Source: Balanoglossus misakiensis (taxonomy: Eukaryota; Animalia; Hemichordata). From it: 64,000 nt of DNA. The stretch lies in NCBI GenBank assembly GCA_040954595.2, contig CM082578.2:13174304-13238303 (forward strand), in the 5' to 3' direction. Shown here piece by piece: positions 28,501-41,777 of this stretch (position 1 is its first letter; each line of letters opens with the position of its first letter). Made by a program: the position numbers and the translations under genes. The notes under the pieces were generated by a model. That model was not told the origin of the DNA. It did not search any database and was given only the letters and a program-made list of their open reading frames with translations.

Positions 28501-31500
28501 CCTATAAGTAATATAACTAAATCAATTACCGAAAGTCGAAGGCATACAATCATACTGAACAAATATTCTTCAAAACCTCGTCTGGGGAGTTTTTATCATT
28601 ATTACTTTTTTGGAATCATAACTATGGCAATACAAGAAAAGTTAATAACGAAAATGATCTTTAAAACTTTGATTGATGATGGATCAAGCTGTAAAAATCC
28701 TACTACATGTACTGAGCTGAGTCATCTCAGAAACTTTGACGTGTATAAATCTTAACCCTCATGTTTTTACTTTCCATTATTCCAATGATTTCGGTTACCA
28801 AATTAGAGACATGACTGCAAACGTTAATACAGGCATATGTGCTCCTGATCACAGATTACGGGCCTTATAGCTAATGAAAGGGGATCGATGATCGTAATCG
28901 AAGTAGATTTTGCAAAAAAGAAAAAGCTTTTAGATAGTTATCCGTACAGTGAAGAAGATAGTAGCAATTCGTCAAACATTGAACTTTTACAAAAAAACAC
29001 CAAAAGAGATATTTTTCCAGTTAATGCTTGATCTTTACGTCATAAATGCGAATTTGCAACGGTTTATCAGTTCCCGACTCATATAAGTTCCTTTTTTTCT
29101 TGTTTATCTTAGGACCACCGGTCAACCTCTCCGTCTCTATCTTCGTCACAAGCATCCATTCATTATCAGAAATATCTATGGTAGGTTCCGCATAATGATT
29201 ACAGCTTTTGTTGCGGGCGACTCAATACAATTAGCTTGAATTTTTTGACTCAATTTCCAACATAGTACAGAAAATGAAATGGCGACAATACTCACTGAGC
29301 TCGCATACTTTACACTTATTTGTTCAATTGTTTATCTGTATGTTCCTGTCAATGAGGATGAATGTATAATAACGTGCGCGCGATGTAAAGTTATGAAACA
29401 AATTATCCGCCATGGGACTTTCTATGAGCTATAAAATGCTACCGGTGACGTTGTTCACATAGCAGATTTTGGTTTTGATTTGTTTGTTTTTTCTCAGGAC
29501 TACGGCGCGACACTGTTCATGTCCATACTGTGGCACGACTCTCGATTCAGATTCAACGGCACCGAAGCCATCGCTCTTCCGACGGGATCGGATTTACTGG
29601 ACAAGATTTGGACACCCGACTTGTATTTGGTCAACGTTAAGGAAGGCATGCTCCATCAAGTCACAGTATTGAACAAACACATCAGGGTGAACCCGTCCGG
29701 CCAAATATTATATGATTTGAGGTAAGATGCCTTTTGATATTATATGATATGTGTATAATATTCCCTGAGCAGTAATGGTTGGTAGTCTAACGGTAGTGTA
29801 AACATCTAATGTGTCTATTTTTCATGTCTTACGACTAAATTGATTGCACCAATGCTAGTGAATATGATTTGGAAAACTTCAACGTAGCTTGTGGATTATG
29901 GTTGAAGTTTACTTCGACGATTATAGCAAATGATGCTGGGATATCTCAGTACACAGAGCAAAACTCTGGGTACATGTAGCCTGCCAGGGTGATTATGATC
30001 TGCATGTTAGTAATCACATAAGATTTTGTGCGATTAGATACCACGTTCGCGAATCTCTAGCTATGACGACTCTGCAAATGTAAACGGAACGAAATCGCAA
30101 TATCTGCTCTGCCTTATCGTTTCGCACAAGGCAATTAGGCAAATATTATTTTTCATCCAGTCATCAATCATCACATGCTTGTCACATTGTCATAAGTCAT
30201 GGCTGTTATATTGTTTCTGTTATTTCAATTTCGATGTGGCAACGTACTTTCAGCGCCCACATGCGTCTTCAACAACCATATCCGGATGAAGGATAACACC
30301 GTGCACAAATTCAAAATGGCCGCCAATCTCTGCGTTGACTTGTATGAAGTAAAACAAACAGTATTTTTTCTGACTTCCCATGCACATGAATATAGACAAG
30401 AATTGAAAGGTTTGGAGAACAATCATTTTTTTCTAAAAATCTGTCCCTGTATAAAAATAACCCTTTTCAAGTCAACGAGTACCACCTGTGTAACCGTCCC
30501 GATGTGACGCCATTTTTTGCCCGCATGCGCAGTGGCGGTACAATCTAGAATAATAATACTCAAGGACCATTGGCGCCATAAAGGTCAGCCGATATACGAG
30601 AGAACACAATGTAATACATGGAATAACCCATAATGTAGAAAATACGCAGCGCAAAGGTTGCCATAGTGACATCTTTTCTAGTTGTTGAACTTTTAAGGAG
30701 TGTCCAGAGTAAACTTTGTACCACAAAATTAACTTAGAAGTGATCCAGGAAATGTTGTCTACGCAACGGGAACAAATAATGACCCAATAATGGCAGCGGG
30801 GAGATAAAGATCTTACGTCAAGTTTTGGTTGTTAAGGCGCATAATTAAGTTTTGATTCCCAGACGCATCCGCTTCTAGGCTGGGATTTTATTGATGGTTT
30901 TTTCGTAGATCACGAAGCGACCATCCTAGCCTATAAAGGTTTACATTCGTCGTTGTGCAACCATTGATAAGATACCATAAACGTACCTGGAGATAAATTG
31001 CACTGTCGATCAGATGACAGTAACTGCTTATAGTACAGTGGAGATTGGTATAGCTATGATTTGCGACTAGATTTCTCCTTCTACGGAATAAGTCATCTCT
31101 CGTTTTCCATTCTATTCAGATTCAGCGTAGTGCTTATCTGTAACCTGTATCTGCACAATTTTCCCATGGATATTCAGAGATGCAGCATAGAAATCGAGAG
31201 CTGTAAGTGGACATCATTAATTCAGCTTTTGGGACTGTACACTTCTCTTCGCACGTTAAGAGCGCGCAATATAATATTCCAGTACAGCTTCAGTGCAAGA
31301 TAAACAAACCGAGAGAAATCTTTACCTTTCAAGACCCTAATACGCACATTACATGTAATATTATAATATCATTAATATTAAGTTATATTTGGTATCCCTA
31401 TGTAAGAATACCATGCAAATATGCTCGTGACATTTTATAAACAGGTTTAAAAATAATTCCTCCTTGCCCGCAAAAGTACTGCGTTACGTTTGTCTGAAAC

Positions 31501-34500
31501 TGCCGGCTATATAAAATTATTGATGTAAGCTCTAATTAAGCAATGACCCCCCCCCCCCGCCACCAGTGCTATATTGAGAAAAAAAATCCTAAATAGAGTG
31601 TATTCCTGACTGTGGCGGGAATGAATGGTTTAACCCAACATTTTCCTGCTGCAAGCCAGGTCAGGGTCCAGTTTTAGCAGTGCTCTTATTTCAACTTCTG
31701 GTCACATGCTGTTTATGCAAACAATAATGTGTGTTGTTTTCTGATTTCCTATTCATTACACGACTGCTCAATCAGTTGGTTACACGTCTAGTGATGTTCG
31801 TCTTCACTGGAGCGAAGAAGATCCAGCCTCCTTTCCAGACGATCTGGTCATGCCAGAATTTTCACTCAGTCCACCGGAACTGTCTAGTGCAGTCCACACT
31901 TACCCGCACGTAGGTAGGTAAGACCACGCCCCAGTAGCTGTGCATGTTTCCATTATTTTCTTTCAAATTTCAATTGGCCAATTTAAAACCTCAAAAGCTG
32001 CCACTTGTAGCATATTTTAATCGATAATCTACTTCATTCTTCTCCTTATTCTAAGTCGACAGACAACATGTTTAAATATTTCGTGGGGATCCAAATACCC
32101 ATATGCATGCATACCGCAAATTCAAAATGGCGTCATTTGTTAACTAATGATAACGAGAACAATGAAGTATTATCTCGATTAAAATATGCAGACAGTGGCA
32201 GCCATTGGGTCTTTAATGCACGAGTCTGGGAGGACACGTCACATGTCACGACCCCACTTTCGTTCCCATAAGCTTACACGCCTTATTGCAAAATAAAGCG
32301 ATCTGTAAAATTATCGATCACATTTCCATGCCAGATGGGTGATAACATATCAAGCTAAAGTTATACAGGCTGTCCATCTAGATCCGTCACACGAGAGATA
32401 TGCTGAAATGGGAAATGGTACTCGATTTTAAAAATGTAACATTTCGCCGAACCCTATGACAATTTGTTGTAGTTCTTATCTCGTCAGCGCACTGCAATAT
32501 CTGAAATATTCTTATCTTTCACTGAACTACTCTGATATCTGTGTAATGTTCTTATCCACCATTCACATGCTTTTTCTTAGGTCTTACATCTTCATGGCTA
32601 AAATAACACACATTAGGGGGAAATTCTGACGTAATTTAAACTTTGAATCATATCTATTACATAATTTAGATGTCATTACTCATTCAGTACCTCACTTGAG
32701 GGACTGTGAGTACCTGCATGGGTTTTGAGAGAAAAGGGGCCAGACACGTGAAATATTAATGGAAAAATCGACATTATGATCCAATCTACCATTTTTTTGT
32801 CCTTTTTTGATCTCTCATGGAGCGATATATTTCTCTTAGATTTGTGGCTCAGACAGTCTCTGCTCGCGCCGGAACTGTAAATACAGTCTAATCACGCGCA
32901 GCTTGTGTCAGAAGACACAGAGTATTACGACATGGCATTTTTTCTATTTGTGTGAATGGCATAGTCAACTTGAACATGCTGATTAAACAATTGCAATTTG
33001 ACAGAACGAAGAGATAAGACTTATTGAAGAAGACATAAGAGGCACAGCGTATATAGTCTATGCTACTTCGTATACAAAGTATCATTAATCAATATCTCCA
33101 AGTTCTTGACCCGTGTTGAACTATGCATATACTTTGCACTCAAGTACACAGCGAGTCAACGACACGATTAAGATTGATGGAAGAAAAAGTGATAGATGTC
33201 GCTACGTGATAGACAACGCAGCGATTGATTCAAGAGCAGACTTGTGTATGCTATAAACATGTTTGCAATATTTTGCAATTAATCGGCCTGATGCACGATC
33301 ATTGGCGCTCATAAAACATGCGTGTATCGACGGCGTTTGTAAGACAGACACCCAATTTATACAGTTGCGCGGACACCGTGATTTAAAAAGCATGAAAAAT
33401 TTAGTAGCAGTTCCATCACTCTACAGTCATGAGTACATGTTATGAAATGTTGTACGTTGTCCGAAAGTAAATTGATGGAAGTCATCATTCATTCATTCAT
33501 TCATTCATTCATTCATTCATTCATTCATTCATTCATTCATTCATTCATTCATTCATTCACTCATTCATTCATTCATTCACTCATTCATCCACTCATTGCA
33601 TTACATAGGTGACTCTTTAAGTAATGTTTTACTCGTTTCTTGTCCCAAAATGTTGATTATGGACAACCCCATGCCAACGGAAGTACAATGATGCAATGTC
33701 ACATAGGGGTCATGACATGACCTATTCTGACGTCACACTTGTGTCTTTGTTTTTAATTTTGTAGGTTCTTTTGACAAATTGTACTGCAAGTTCTCATTGC
33801 ACCGCCAGCTAATATACTACATACTGGAACACTATATACCCTCTTTTCTCATGGTCATTGTGTCCTGGGTATCGTTCTGGTTAGACATCGAAGCAACGCC
33901 AGCCAGGGCCAGTCTAGGAATCACTACAGCTCTCACTCTGGCCACGCTGAGTTCATCGGCAAGAGCTCATATGGCAAAGGTTTCATATACCAAAGTAAGA
34001 CTTTCCGCATATCTATGAATGAATGAATGAATGAATGAATGAATGAATGAATGAATGAATGAATGAATGTGGATGGCAAACAACTGGGGTGTTAAGATGT
34101 AGGCAGTATTGACACAAAAAGCTTATATTTTTCTACCTACAGCTGACTTATAATGATTTCATATAGTCAAACAATTATGCCTTTGAATATTTTGGGATTT
34201 CGCATTCATATATCTTTTGAACGACTGCATGTCCTGTTTATGACTGCTGTGTTCAATGCCGAAATTTAGTTTTTTTTCAGTAATTCACGGTCGTTTTGCA
34301 ATGTCATGGTTTATTGCGAACAGCTGGCTGGCAAACTAATTCTACCGCCATTGATGGGTTTTAATAGACGCTAAATTGATCTGTTTTCCTCGGATTATCA
34401 AAATTAACATGGTTGTGGCCTTGCGTTGTGTAGCGCAACGGTTGGTATGTTTTGGCATTGAGTGGGTCATCGACATCCAGGAGGATAATTATATTACAAT

Positions 34501-37500
34501 TATAAACTGGCCGCCCGCCTTTTGTTGGTGGATAAGTTTAGACTCGGCGATATATTCTGCCCTCTTTTTTATTTACCTTGGCGACAAATACTTTTCAGTG
34601 TTATTTGCGATAATTTAATGAATGTACGCGACGATAAATGAAGCACAAGGATAATTTAGGGACTTGTTGACTAAATTTTGATGATTATTTTTATCTAACG
34701 GGCAAGAGGAAATTCGCAAGTAGCCACAATAGTGTTGTGTTATACTTTAAACCAGATCAACGTGAACTTCAGGGCTCATTTTGTTTGGTCTTGTCTTGTT
34801 TTACTATGCTTTGCTTCGATCCATCCATCTAATGTTAAAATTGTATTCCTTCATAAAGAGTGCAATAGAAATTTCGCTCGATCAATTAATACACAGTACT
34901 AATCATTCATTTGCTCATTAGCACCGTTAATGTTCATTAAATTGCATTAAACATGAATGAAAACAGCCAGAATAGCTTAATCGATTCCTCGCAGTATAAC
35001 ACGCTAGATAACCTTGTGGACGTGAAGTTTTACCTGACGGCGTTATTGTGGCTTTCCAAGCTTTGAGGCAGTGGTCGGGCGGTAACGGTCAAGGTGACGA
35101 ATATCACCAGGCCTAACCTCTATCATCGTACAGTACGTTTTTCAACTCGCTAAAGCATGTTGAATGCCACGTGGGAAGGTCGTCGGCGGAAGCTAGTTTT
35201 CTGCCAATCTAACTACTAAATTAATGCAGTTTATTTGAATGTGGACACTGAACGTTTAGGCGGCGATGAGAACATTTGCAAATCAGCTTGATAATTATAA
35301 CTGTGAATTAACAGGCCACATACCAACAGGGACGCGGTTTTTAATTTTGCACCGCGGCCGCCGACAGCGTTAGCAGGTGGTCAGATCTTTCTAACCCGTC
35401 GGTCGTCTAAATGTAAATGTGGAACCCACACTGAAAAAGAAAGTTCAAAGCATCGGGCTCGGCCCTGGGAGAATCGGTATCCAGGTACATTTACATTGTA
35501 GCAGGGGATGCAAATATAGATTGAACTCCCAGGGGGAAACAGCTATCACAGAGTCATATATAGTCAGCAATCCTGGCCTGTTTTAGATCATTTTCAATTC
35601 GCCAAGGTTGCGCTGTAAGTACAAAATGTACAAAGTGTTTCAGGGCAGAGATCTCTACTGACATATGTATGAGAATAGTAAAAAAAATCTGACGCGCGTC
35701 TGAACTTATGCAGCCTATCATTTGTTCTGCTTATTCTTCCGAAAACGTTTGGCAGTGTCTGTCAGTAAAAGGCGTGATAGATACAAAGGGAGACCAAAGC
35801 TAAACCGCTATGACTTATTCTTGTGATAACTAGTTGACGTACTGCGTTTTCGTTGCTTTCTCCTAAATGTGCCAACAAAGCAAGGACAGGAAATCGCGAT
35901 AACTGTGCTCACCGTGATGTACGGTGTCTATTGCAGAAGCCATTTCCGCCTGAAGGGAAACAAATCTTCAGAGTGACTCTTCCAACCTGATCAGTAACAT
36001 TGCGCTCGCTCTGCTGTCGTCTGATACATATCCTAATCCTTTCCTTGATCACGTTGCCATGGGAACATATCTGCCTGTGCCGAAATGACGCTTCGCATTT
36101 GTTGAGTTATCTTCTTAATTTTTGATGCCTGTCTATCCCCCTCGGTTATGAATACCCGGGTGATCATTAATACAGCGTTTTATCGCAACAATGTCTTTGG
36201 TATTTACTTTTAAGAAGTCGCGCAGATCGGCTGTTTTGAGTCTGTGTTTTAGGATGCAGACGGCGTACTTTTAAAGTGCAAGTCGGAGCGTTGAGTTGTC
36301 ATGCACTTTGACTGTACGCATTGACATTGGCGTCTAACATCCGGGTATTTTCTCTGTCAGTACATCTAACATTTAGCTTGTATTGGTTTTACGGTCAGGG
36401 GAAATAGAAAGGAAAATTGTGTACGATGAAAGCATGTAGCAATCCAATATATACACATTTCAACATATCACGCATACTAATCTCTCTGTCTCTGTCTCTC
36501 TCCCTCCCCCCCCCCTCTCGCTCCCCCTCTCTCTCTCTCTCTCTTTCTCATAGGCACTGGACGTCTGGATGTTGGTCTGTTCATTATTCGTTTTTGCGGC
36601 TCTGGTTGAATTCGCACTCGCCAGTTATCTCTACAAGAGGACACGTCCAGACAAAGTCACGATTTTCAACAGAGAAAACGTGAGTTTTCATTTAAACGCC
36701 ACGATGACATCATGGCAATATTCTGAGTCTATATACCGAGAATGTGATGTTCTATGTATTGTGTTCATTAGTTGTTCTTACAGCGGGCGCGGGACTAGTA
36801 AACTGTTTTGCCACCTGGGCAGGCGCTGAACTTGCTGAAACTATTGCACTGCACCGGTAAACGTTATACCCTACGATAACAATGCCCCGTTTTAAATGAC
36901 GGGCTTACTTCCCAAGTTTATGTTTACATTGAATAAAGTGAGATTGACAGGCCTGTCCCGAAAGCTTGTGAGGGTTAAGCGAAATCGTTGAATAAATACG
37001 AAGCTAATCGATAATTTAATGCCAGTTTACGAGAAAGAAATGCGAATTAGGCCGAACAAAGCGGTTCTGTAAACCGTCCATTGCCCAGAGGCATTGCGAA
37101 TTTATTGCAAATGAAATCAACAGTGACGTTGTACCGCCAAATTATCTTCCCTTACTAAACTCATACATGTAATGACTTGCGTGCGTTCGCGGTTGATCGA
37201 GTCAGCGAAAGGTCAACGGCTCCGTGCCATCTTCAGGTGGCTGCTATAGAGACTACACGGACTCAAAACAATGCGGCAGCGCCGGATCAAATTAAAACCA
37301 GGGGAAGAAGGTTATGAGTAATTTAAGCCGTTTATTTAAGTCTTCGCTTCCCAACACCTGCTACACCTGGCAGTTCTCGTTACAATCAACGGCCAAGTTG
37401 TTTTTTTTTCTCGTGCGCCAACGGGCATCTACGGGTATTGTATGGAGAAATGATAAGGCTACACTCCGCTCACTGCATTTATGTTGGATGATACGATTCT

Positions 37501-38112
37501 TGGTACCTCCCTTCTGTTAACACACATCTTGCCTTGTGGCATCTTAACGAGGTACCGACTCGATACGAACACACAGTGGCGCCTATTATTCATTTCAACA
37601 GCGCATTATTATTTATCAACAAGTTATACATGCTTGTCCAGTAAAATAGCCCAACTTCTCAAAGACCAAGGTCAGACTTTCCGACCAAAATCGTCAAAGT
37701 CTTATGAAGAAAGTTTTGCGGGCCTATTTTGCTGTAAAGTTAACTTTAGAATGATAATGCTAATTGCATGAATTATGTTAATTTCCTTTTTACAATGCAG
37801 CTGTTAATTAACATGAAACTCCCAAATGTCTTACATCTCTCGCAGGATATCACGGACAGCAATTCCTGGGTGGAACTCAAAGAGCGCGAGACACTCCGAA
37901 GACAGAATGCCGACGGCGCGAATTCAAAGCCTGTCGACGGACACCACGCCATTGTGCACATCAAAAAAGTGAAGACGATAAACTACCGAACAATGTCAAA
38001 GACGATAGACAAATATTCCAGACTGCTTTTCCCGCTCAGTTTCTGTCTCTTCAATACTGTTTACTGGTCTTATTATCTTCACGACTACTACGGTGACACC
38101 AAGTACCACTGA
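19577..38112 (+). CDS. Cys-loop ligand-gated chloride channel subunit (glycine/GABA-A receptor-like, ~437 aa); exons 19577-19632, 26689-26730, 28385-28464, 29113-29180, 29498-29721, 31120-31202, 31776-31913, 33765-33994, 36554-36679, 37846-38112
   Basis: YDPHMRPN..GPPV, IWTPDLY, Cys-loop CNLYLHNFPMDIQRC, ESFGY, M1 YIPSFLMVIVSWVSFW, anion-selective PAR motif, M2 SLGITTALT, KVSYTKALDVW, M3 FVFAALVEFA, M4 IDKYSRLLFPLSFCLFNTVYW. Junctions are phase-consistent (1314 nt). The first two exons (signal peptide MSLRRWFICVCLCSGVHCG) are less certain than 28385-38112. Confidence 0.92.
22733..22746. promoter_or_regulatory. RFX X-box (perfect palindrome GTTGCCTAGGCAAC) in intron 1 of the channel gene
   Basis: Matches the RFX consensus GTNRCC(N0-3)RGYAAC. 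Confidence 0.5.
25564..25619. repeat. Perfect 26-bp inverted repeat (hairpin, 4-nt loop)
   Basis: TGTAGATGGGAAATATACTAGTACAT-GGGT-ATGTACTAGTATATTTCCCATCTACA. Confidence 0.9.
27468..27565. repeat. Degenerate (GGT/GAT)n microsatellite, intronic
   Basis: Directly visible; produces the spurious poly-Val and poly-Gly ORFs in the track. Confidence 0.85.
33485..33597. repeat. (ATTC)n microsatellite upstream of the M1-M2 exon
   Basis: Directly visible tetranucleotide run with a few ACTC variants. Confidence 0.95.
34015..34069. repeat. (GAAT)n microsatellite downstream of the M1-M2 exon (reverse complement of the upstream tract)
   Basis: Directly visible tetranucleotide run starting about 20 nt after the donor site. 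Confidence 0.95.
36481..36548. repeat. CT-rich repeat forming the polypyrimidine tract of the M3 exon acceptor
   Basis: Directly visible (CT)n/poly-C run ending just before CATAG|GCA. Confidence 0.8.
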
Positions 38113-41100
38113 CGGGACCAGTTCATTGTTGACAGGGATTTTTATAAACTATCATTATGCACTCAAACAAGATTCTCTGAGTATCCTTGCCTGTGACAGG
38201 TGTTTTTTTAAAAACAAAAATATTTAGATGTGCTGATTTTGTTCAGTAAATATTGCAAATTGACGTTGTTCAAATACATTATGATCAAAGAAATATGCAA
38301 CGCAAACGCCGAAGCTGAATCTCCCGCTTACATTGGAGGTATAATTTTGGATCCGCCGGCGAGGTGCGCGTTCCGTTCGTATCCTTTTCACAGACATTGC
38401 AATTTTATTCAACTACATTTTAAATCTTCGTCATCGTTACAGTGGAGTGCATTGTGCCGCTTGGCAACTTTTTTCCAGGCAGCCAAACAACAATATCCCT
38501 AGCTATTCGTATATTCACGCCTGCTATGAGACAAAAATGTCGAAACCGAGTACCACGCCTATTGGGACCTCCCCTCCGCACCGACCGCCGAGGGCGCCAT
38601 AATCATGGAGAAAGATCGAAAGTGACAATCCATCCCGACAGACGACATGCCCTGAAATGCTCGCGGATTGTCAAAACGATTAGCACTTTTATGCAACCGT
38701 CAGTGCTTGATTGTCTGTTTTGTAGTGCGTTTACAATATCATGTTTTCAGATACTTTGTTTTCAGCATTTTCTTATTAACTGCTTATTATTAATAGCTTA
38801 ATTTCTGAAAGTCTAAGGGGTCAGTCTACATAAATGAATACGCATGTAGTTTAAAATATTTGTAAGTTTTCTTATTGCAATTTTGATGTCATTCGGTTGA
38901 ACCTGTTAGCCATGTGTATTCACATTATTACAGGTGTGATTAAAGGTGGGATCAAGCGAAGTTAAAAGGGACAAAGTCGCTCTCTTTTGACCTTTTAAAT
39001 TTAAACAAACTCCACTCTGCTTGTAGACAGACTAGATTAAACATTTGATGATTAAGATTTAGAGGTAGGTACCTGTTTAGACCCTACGTGGGTCATAAGC
39101 ATTGAGATTGGCTGGGCCGTTCATATAGATAACGATACATACTCTGTGGCAATGTTTCTTTGCTTGAAGTAGACATTTTTTAGTAGAGGTCAGGAACAAA
39201 ATTATTCATATCTTTTACATGCAGCAAACGGGGTATATTTTCGACACTTTTAAAGTTATTAATCGTCATTTTTGTACACTGAGAGACTTTATGTAATTAT
39301 TCTATTAATTCTGGACATCACAAAAGAGTAAAAGAAAGTGATTTAGTCATTCAACGGATTTACTTCACATATTTACAAGAATCAAAGTTTTTTTTTTCTT
39401 TTATTGGCGAAATTATCAGATGTAAAAGAATGCCTCGAGTATATGTTAAAATAAAACATTGTAAACTAGCCTGCATTGTTTGTTTGTATGCTAGTTCGTT
39501 TTGATGACGCTCTGATTGTCTGGATCAGCTTATTTATATCGGTATCAATTTGCAAGTTTGCTGCATTTATAGCGCCCTCTAAGTTAATGCTAATCGATGG
39601 GGGACTACACGAATCGGTAAGTGTACAGTGTACGTGTCACTTAGGACGTACATTGATAGACAAGAAATATGAACGCGTCATAACTTTCTGACCAATCACG
39701 TACGTTGCAGTGGCATCACCCCGCTACCGTGGCAATTAGAAATAAATTAACCTGATGAAGATGGAACTGTTTTATATCACTCCTGTCAAGTCAACTACGG
39801 GCAGTAATATATTTCGCCGCGTGAGGGTGATCTTAGGTCAGCGCAAATAAAAACAGCGCGTCGAACTCCCCGCGAGGGTCAGGTCAACTTCCCCCGTTGC
39901 CCACTTAATGACTTGGGAGGTGTTGAGGAATGTCGCTGTGTGTAATTACCTCACCTCGAACACTCCTTGTCTAAAGCTATCCACCCTTCCATGTATTAAC
40001 GCCGAATTGATACGGAAGCGGCCTTGTCCGTTCCGCACACAGACCCCAGTTTGAATACGATTTGACACGCTTCTGCTCCACGTGACGGCGCACCGTTGGG
40101 TCTGTTTTCAATAATTTTCCGGCGACCATTTCACGATGATTGTAACCTCTGCCCTTCATTCATCATTTGAGAAGCGGCAAGAATGTCATTTGTCTTCCGT
40201 CAGGTTCTAATATCAGACGCATTTGTGCCAAAACTCATTGATATAGATGCTCGCGGCCACACGTTGAATGCATTACGCTTTACTCAAATCTCAATGCGCG
40301 ACTAAGTCCAGCACATCCAAATTTCGAGCAGAACAGGGTGGAATAAATCAAGAACATGTTGGCGATACCAAAGAAGAAAATCCTGAACAAACATCAAAGT
40401 TTCTAACATTGACAGCTACATATTGTCACACATATACATGTAGTATTATTTAGCACTGTAGACTTGATCATGTATGAATGGCATTGTGACTTTAATGAAA
40501 CCGTGTTATTAAAATTCCTAGCAAGCAATACGAGATTGACTAATTGCTGCTACGAGCAGTTTCTTTGACCGATAACACGTCCTTGTTGGCCACTTCATAT
40601 TACACGTCCAATCTATTACTCCACTACTTTCCAATTGTGAGAATGGAGTCCTTGGATTGCTATATTAGGTTAAGAATGAAAGTGGACGAAAGACACTGTG
40701 CTGTACATAATTAACACAATGCACCAGGACTCTAAGTACAACTTCAAAGCTGTGACGGTCTTTTGCAAAATAGTTGACGGTTCTGAAAAGTCCGTCCCTA
40801 ACTACTTTATCATTAGAGTCGTTCTGCAATCACCGAGGCATACATGCTTTGGATTCGTACTCAATTATCAGACTCAATAATAAAAAGGTGTCACACCTGT
40901 TTATTATTTTATCGATTTAAAATATGCTAAAAGTGGCAGCCATTGCGGCTTTAAAGGAACTGAACACTTCAAGGTGTCGCCTCGGTGGGAGAACACGAAC
41001 TTCGTTACTCTACAACACCAAACGAAGATAATTAACTGTTTACCAAACACGTGCTTTCAATAATAGGCTAACTACTGTATATTTTTCCACAAATTATCGC

Positions 41101-41777
41101 CAAACCACATCGTTATCATCATCATTATACGCATGATCACATCAAGGCTGCGTAAACCACATAGCTATACGCAATGTGCAACCAAGACGGGACGGTTTAA
41201 TTGGCACTTTAATGCACCGAAGGTTAGGCGGGAAATATTGTGTGACTGTTTGATAGAAATTTTCCGACCCATTTCACATTCCCCGCCTTGTCACGAAAAT
41301 AGACCCAGTTTAGACTCTACTCAACACGAATGTGGGATTTGGAATTGACGCGAATATATCCTGCGGCCAAATTCTCCAATACCACACGCATGGTTGCGCT
41401 GGTGATGCTTTGGTATACGTGGGAATATGATGAACAAGCACTATCGAAATGTGTTTATTAATTTGGTCTTCATATTAAATTAAGAATAAATTTGATCTAA
41501 GCCTTTCCCAAACCAATTATTCAGTGGATGGCTGAGTTAAAATGCCAGACATCTCATAACCGGACATCTCATAACACAAAACCGCTATCCAAGGAATAAA
41601 CCATGACAAAGTAAAGGCATACTGTGAAAAGAATCTTATCTTGACGTCATACCAGAGTTCTAGGAGAAATGTCGGTGCTTTTGGTCCCTATGGTCCGATT
41701 CCCGAGTTACCAAAGTTTGCTTCTGACACGTCAACTTTAAAACAATGGCTACACAGTCAAGGAATTGCTCCCGAATA

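Noticed and set aside
31914-31923. Tandem donor GTAGGTAAG after the 138-nt channel exon
   Set aside because: The +4 donor would frameshift; tandem donors are common and nothing shows it is used.
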